A model generated the notes under the pieces. That model was not told the DNA's origin. It saw nothing but the letters and a program-made list of their open reading frames with translations, and ran no database searches. The translations under genes were made by a program, and so were the position numbers. A DNA stretch of 64,000 nucleotides from Adineta vaga (taxonomy: Eukaryota; Animalia; Rotifera). Each line of letters opens with the position of its first letter. Positions within the stretch are counted from its first letter, which is position 1. The stretch spans positions 1,364,001-1,428,000 of the forward strand of contig CP075493.1 in NCBI GenBank assembly GCA_021613535.1, given 5' to 3'. This document shows, in pieces, positions 63,264 to 64,000 of this stretch.

Positions 63264-64000
63264 ATCTACATTTAATTGAATTCAGTTATGTTTCAGTAAA
63301 ATGAAAATAAAAGAGTAGACAGACAAACTTGAAGAACTAAAACAAGTAAAGAATATGTTATTCCTTCTTTTTTTTCTTCGTTTCTTCTTCTTCTTCTTCT
63401 CCTTCAACAGTCTCGTTCATTCGTCTCTTTCTATACTATTAGATAAGTGTGACAAAAACTCCCGTTTTCTAGATTTTTTTCTATAGCGAGTCAAGTAGCT
63501 GAATAAACAAAAATGATCGATCGACATAAGAGAGAAAGAAAAACAAATTTTTGACGACTTCTATTCTCTCTAAGAGTATTGTTGTTAATTTATACTCCTC
63601 TACTTTCTTGTTTTATTCTTTCTTTTCCATCAAACTCTCCGATTGCGCACGAGATCGAATGAATCAATCTGTTCATGCAAACTAATTTTCGCATCACTTA
63701 GTAATCGTTCTATGTCGATGTCTAATTGTATATGGCACTCAACATCTCAAGGACAATAGTGATATGAGATTATTTCTTATGTAAAATTAGAACGAAAGAG
63801 AAAAAGAAATCGTCATCATCGACAACATAACAGAAAAAGAACGAGAAGATGAGAAAAATCTTAATCTACGAGCAAAACAAGAAATTAATTAGTACTTATC
63901 TTACTTTTAATCTCCTTTCGGATCTTAAATCATATATGAGCTGTTCATTTCAATTATATGAGAAGAAAATCATGTCTATAAGGCAACTGAATTAGTTGAC

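Noticed and set aside
1-64000. tRNA, rRNA, or an intact RT/transposase
   Set aside because: None recognisable by eye; tRNAscan-SE, Infernal and TE protein searches would be needed to exclude them.

Overview
Eukaryotic, very AT-rich, gene-dense DNA with many ~50-60 nt GT-AG introns. Gene content points to a bdelloid rotifer (inference): an intronless iGluR with a K+-filter motif, NHL-repeat expansions, the DPxPQII/PPPxP family, and TGTGGG/TGAGGG hexamers. Apparently intact genes are a kinesin, FBXL2/20, a proline-rich protein, a receptor guanylyl cyclase, a peptide-type GPCR, a low-complexity protein, a Cys-type glutathione peroxidase, an AvGluR1-like iGluR, an N-terminal-only Capicua-L-like protein and TBC1D24. 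An NHL protein and an NHL-REJ-GPS-PLAT-polycystin gene each carry one apparent frameshift. The first 21 kb are the most unusual part. (i) A ~7 kb block holding FBXL20 appears inverted and is bracketed by inverted partial copies of its two outer neighbours, with gene-conversion-like tracts. (ii) The junctions of that block carry inward-pointing copies of a ~180-290 bp repeat that starts with telomeric hexamers, resembling Athena/Terminon retroelement ends. (iii) A 2.5 kb TIR element carries a decayed gene ending in six 24-nt microexons at a 73-bp period, followed by a long hairpin. Several paralog remnants collapsed by deletion are also present. Exon boundaries and identities were read by eye; no database search was run.
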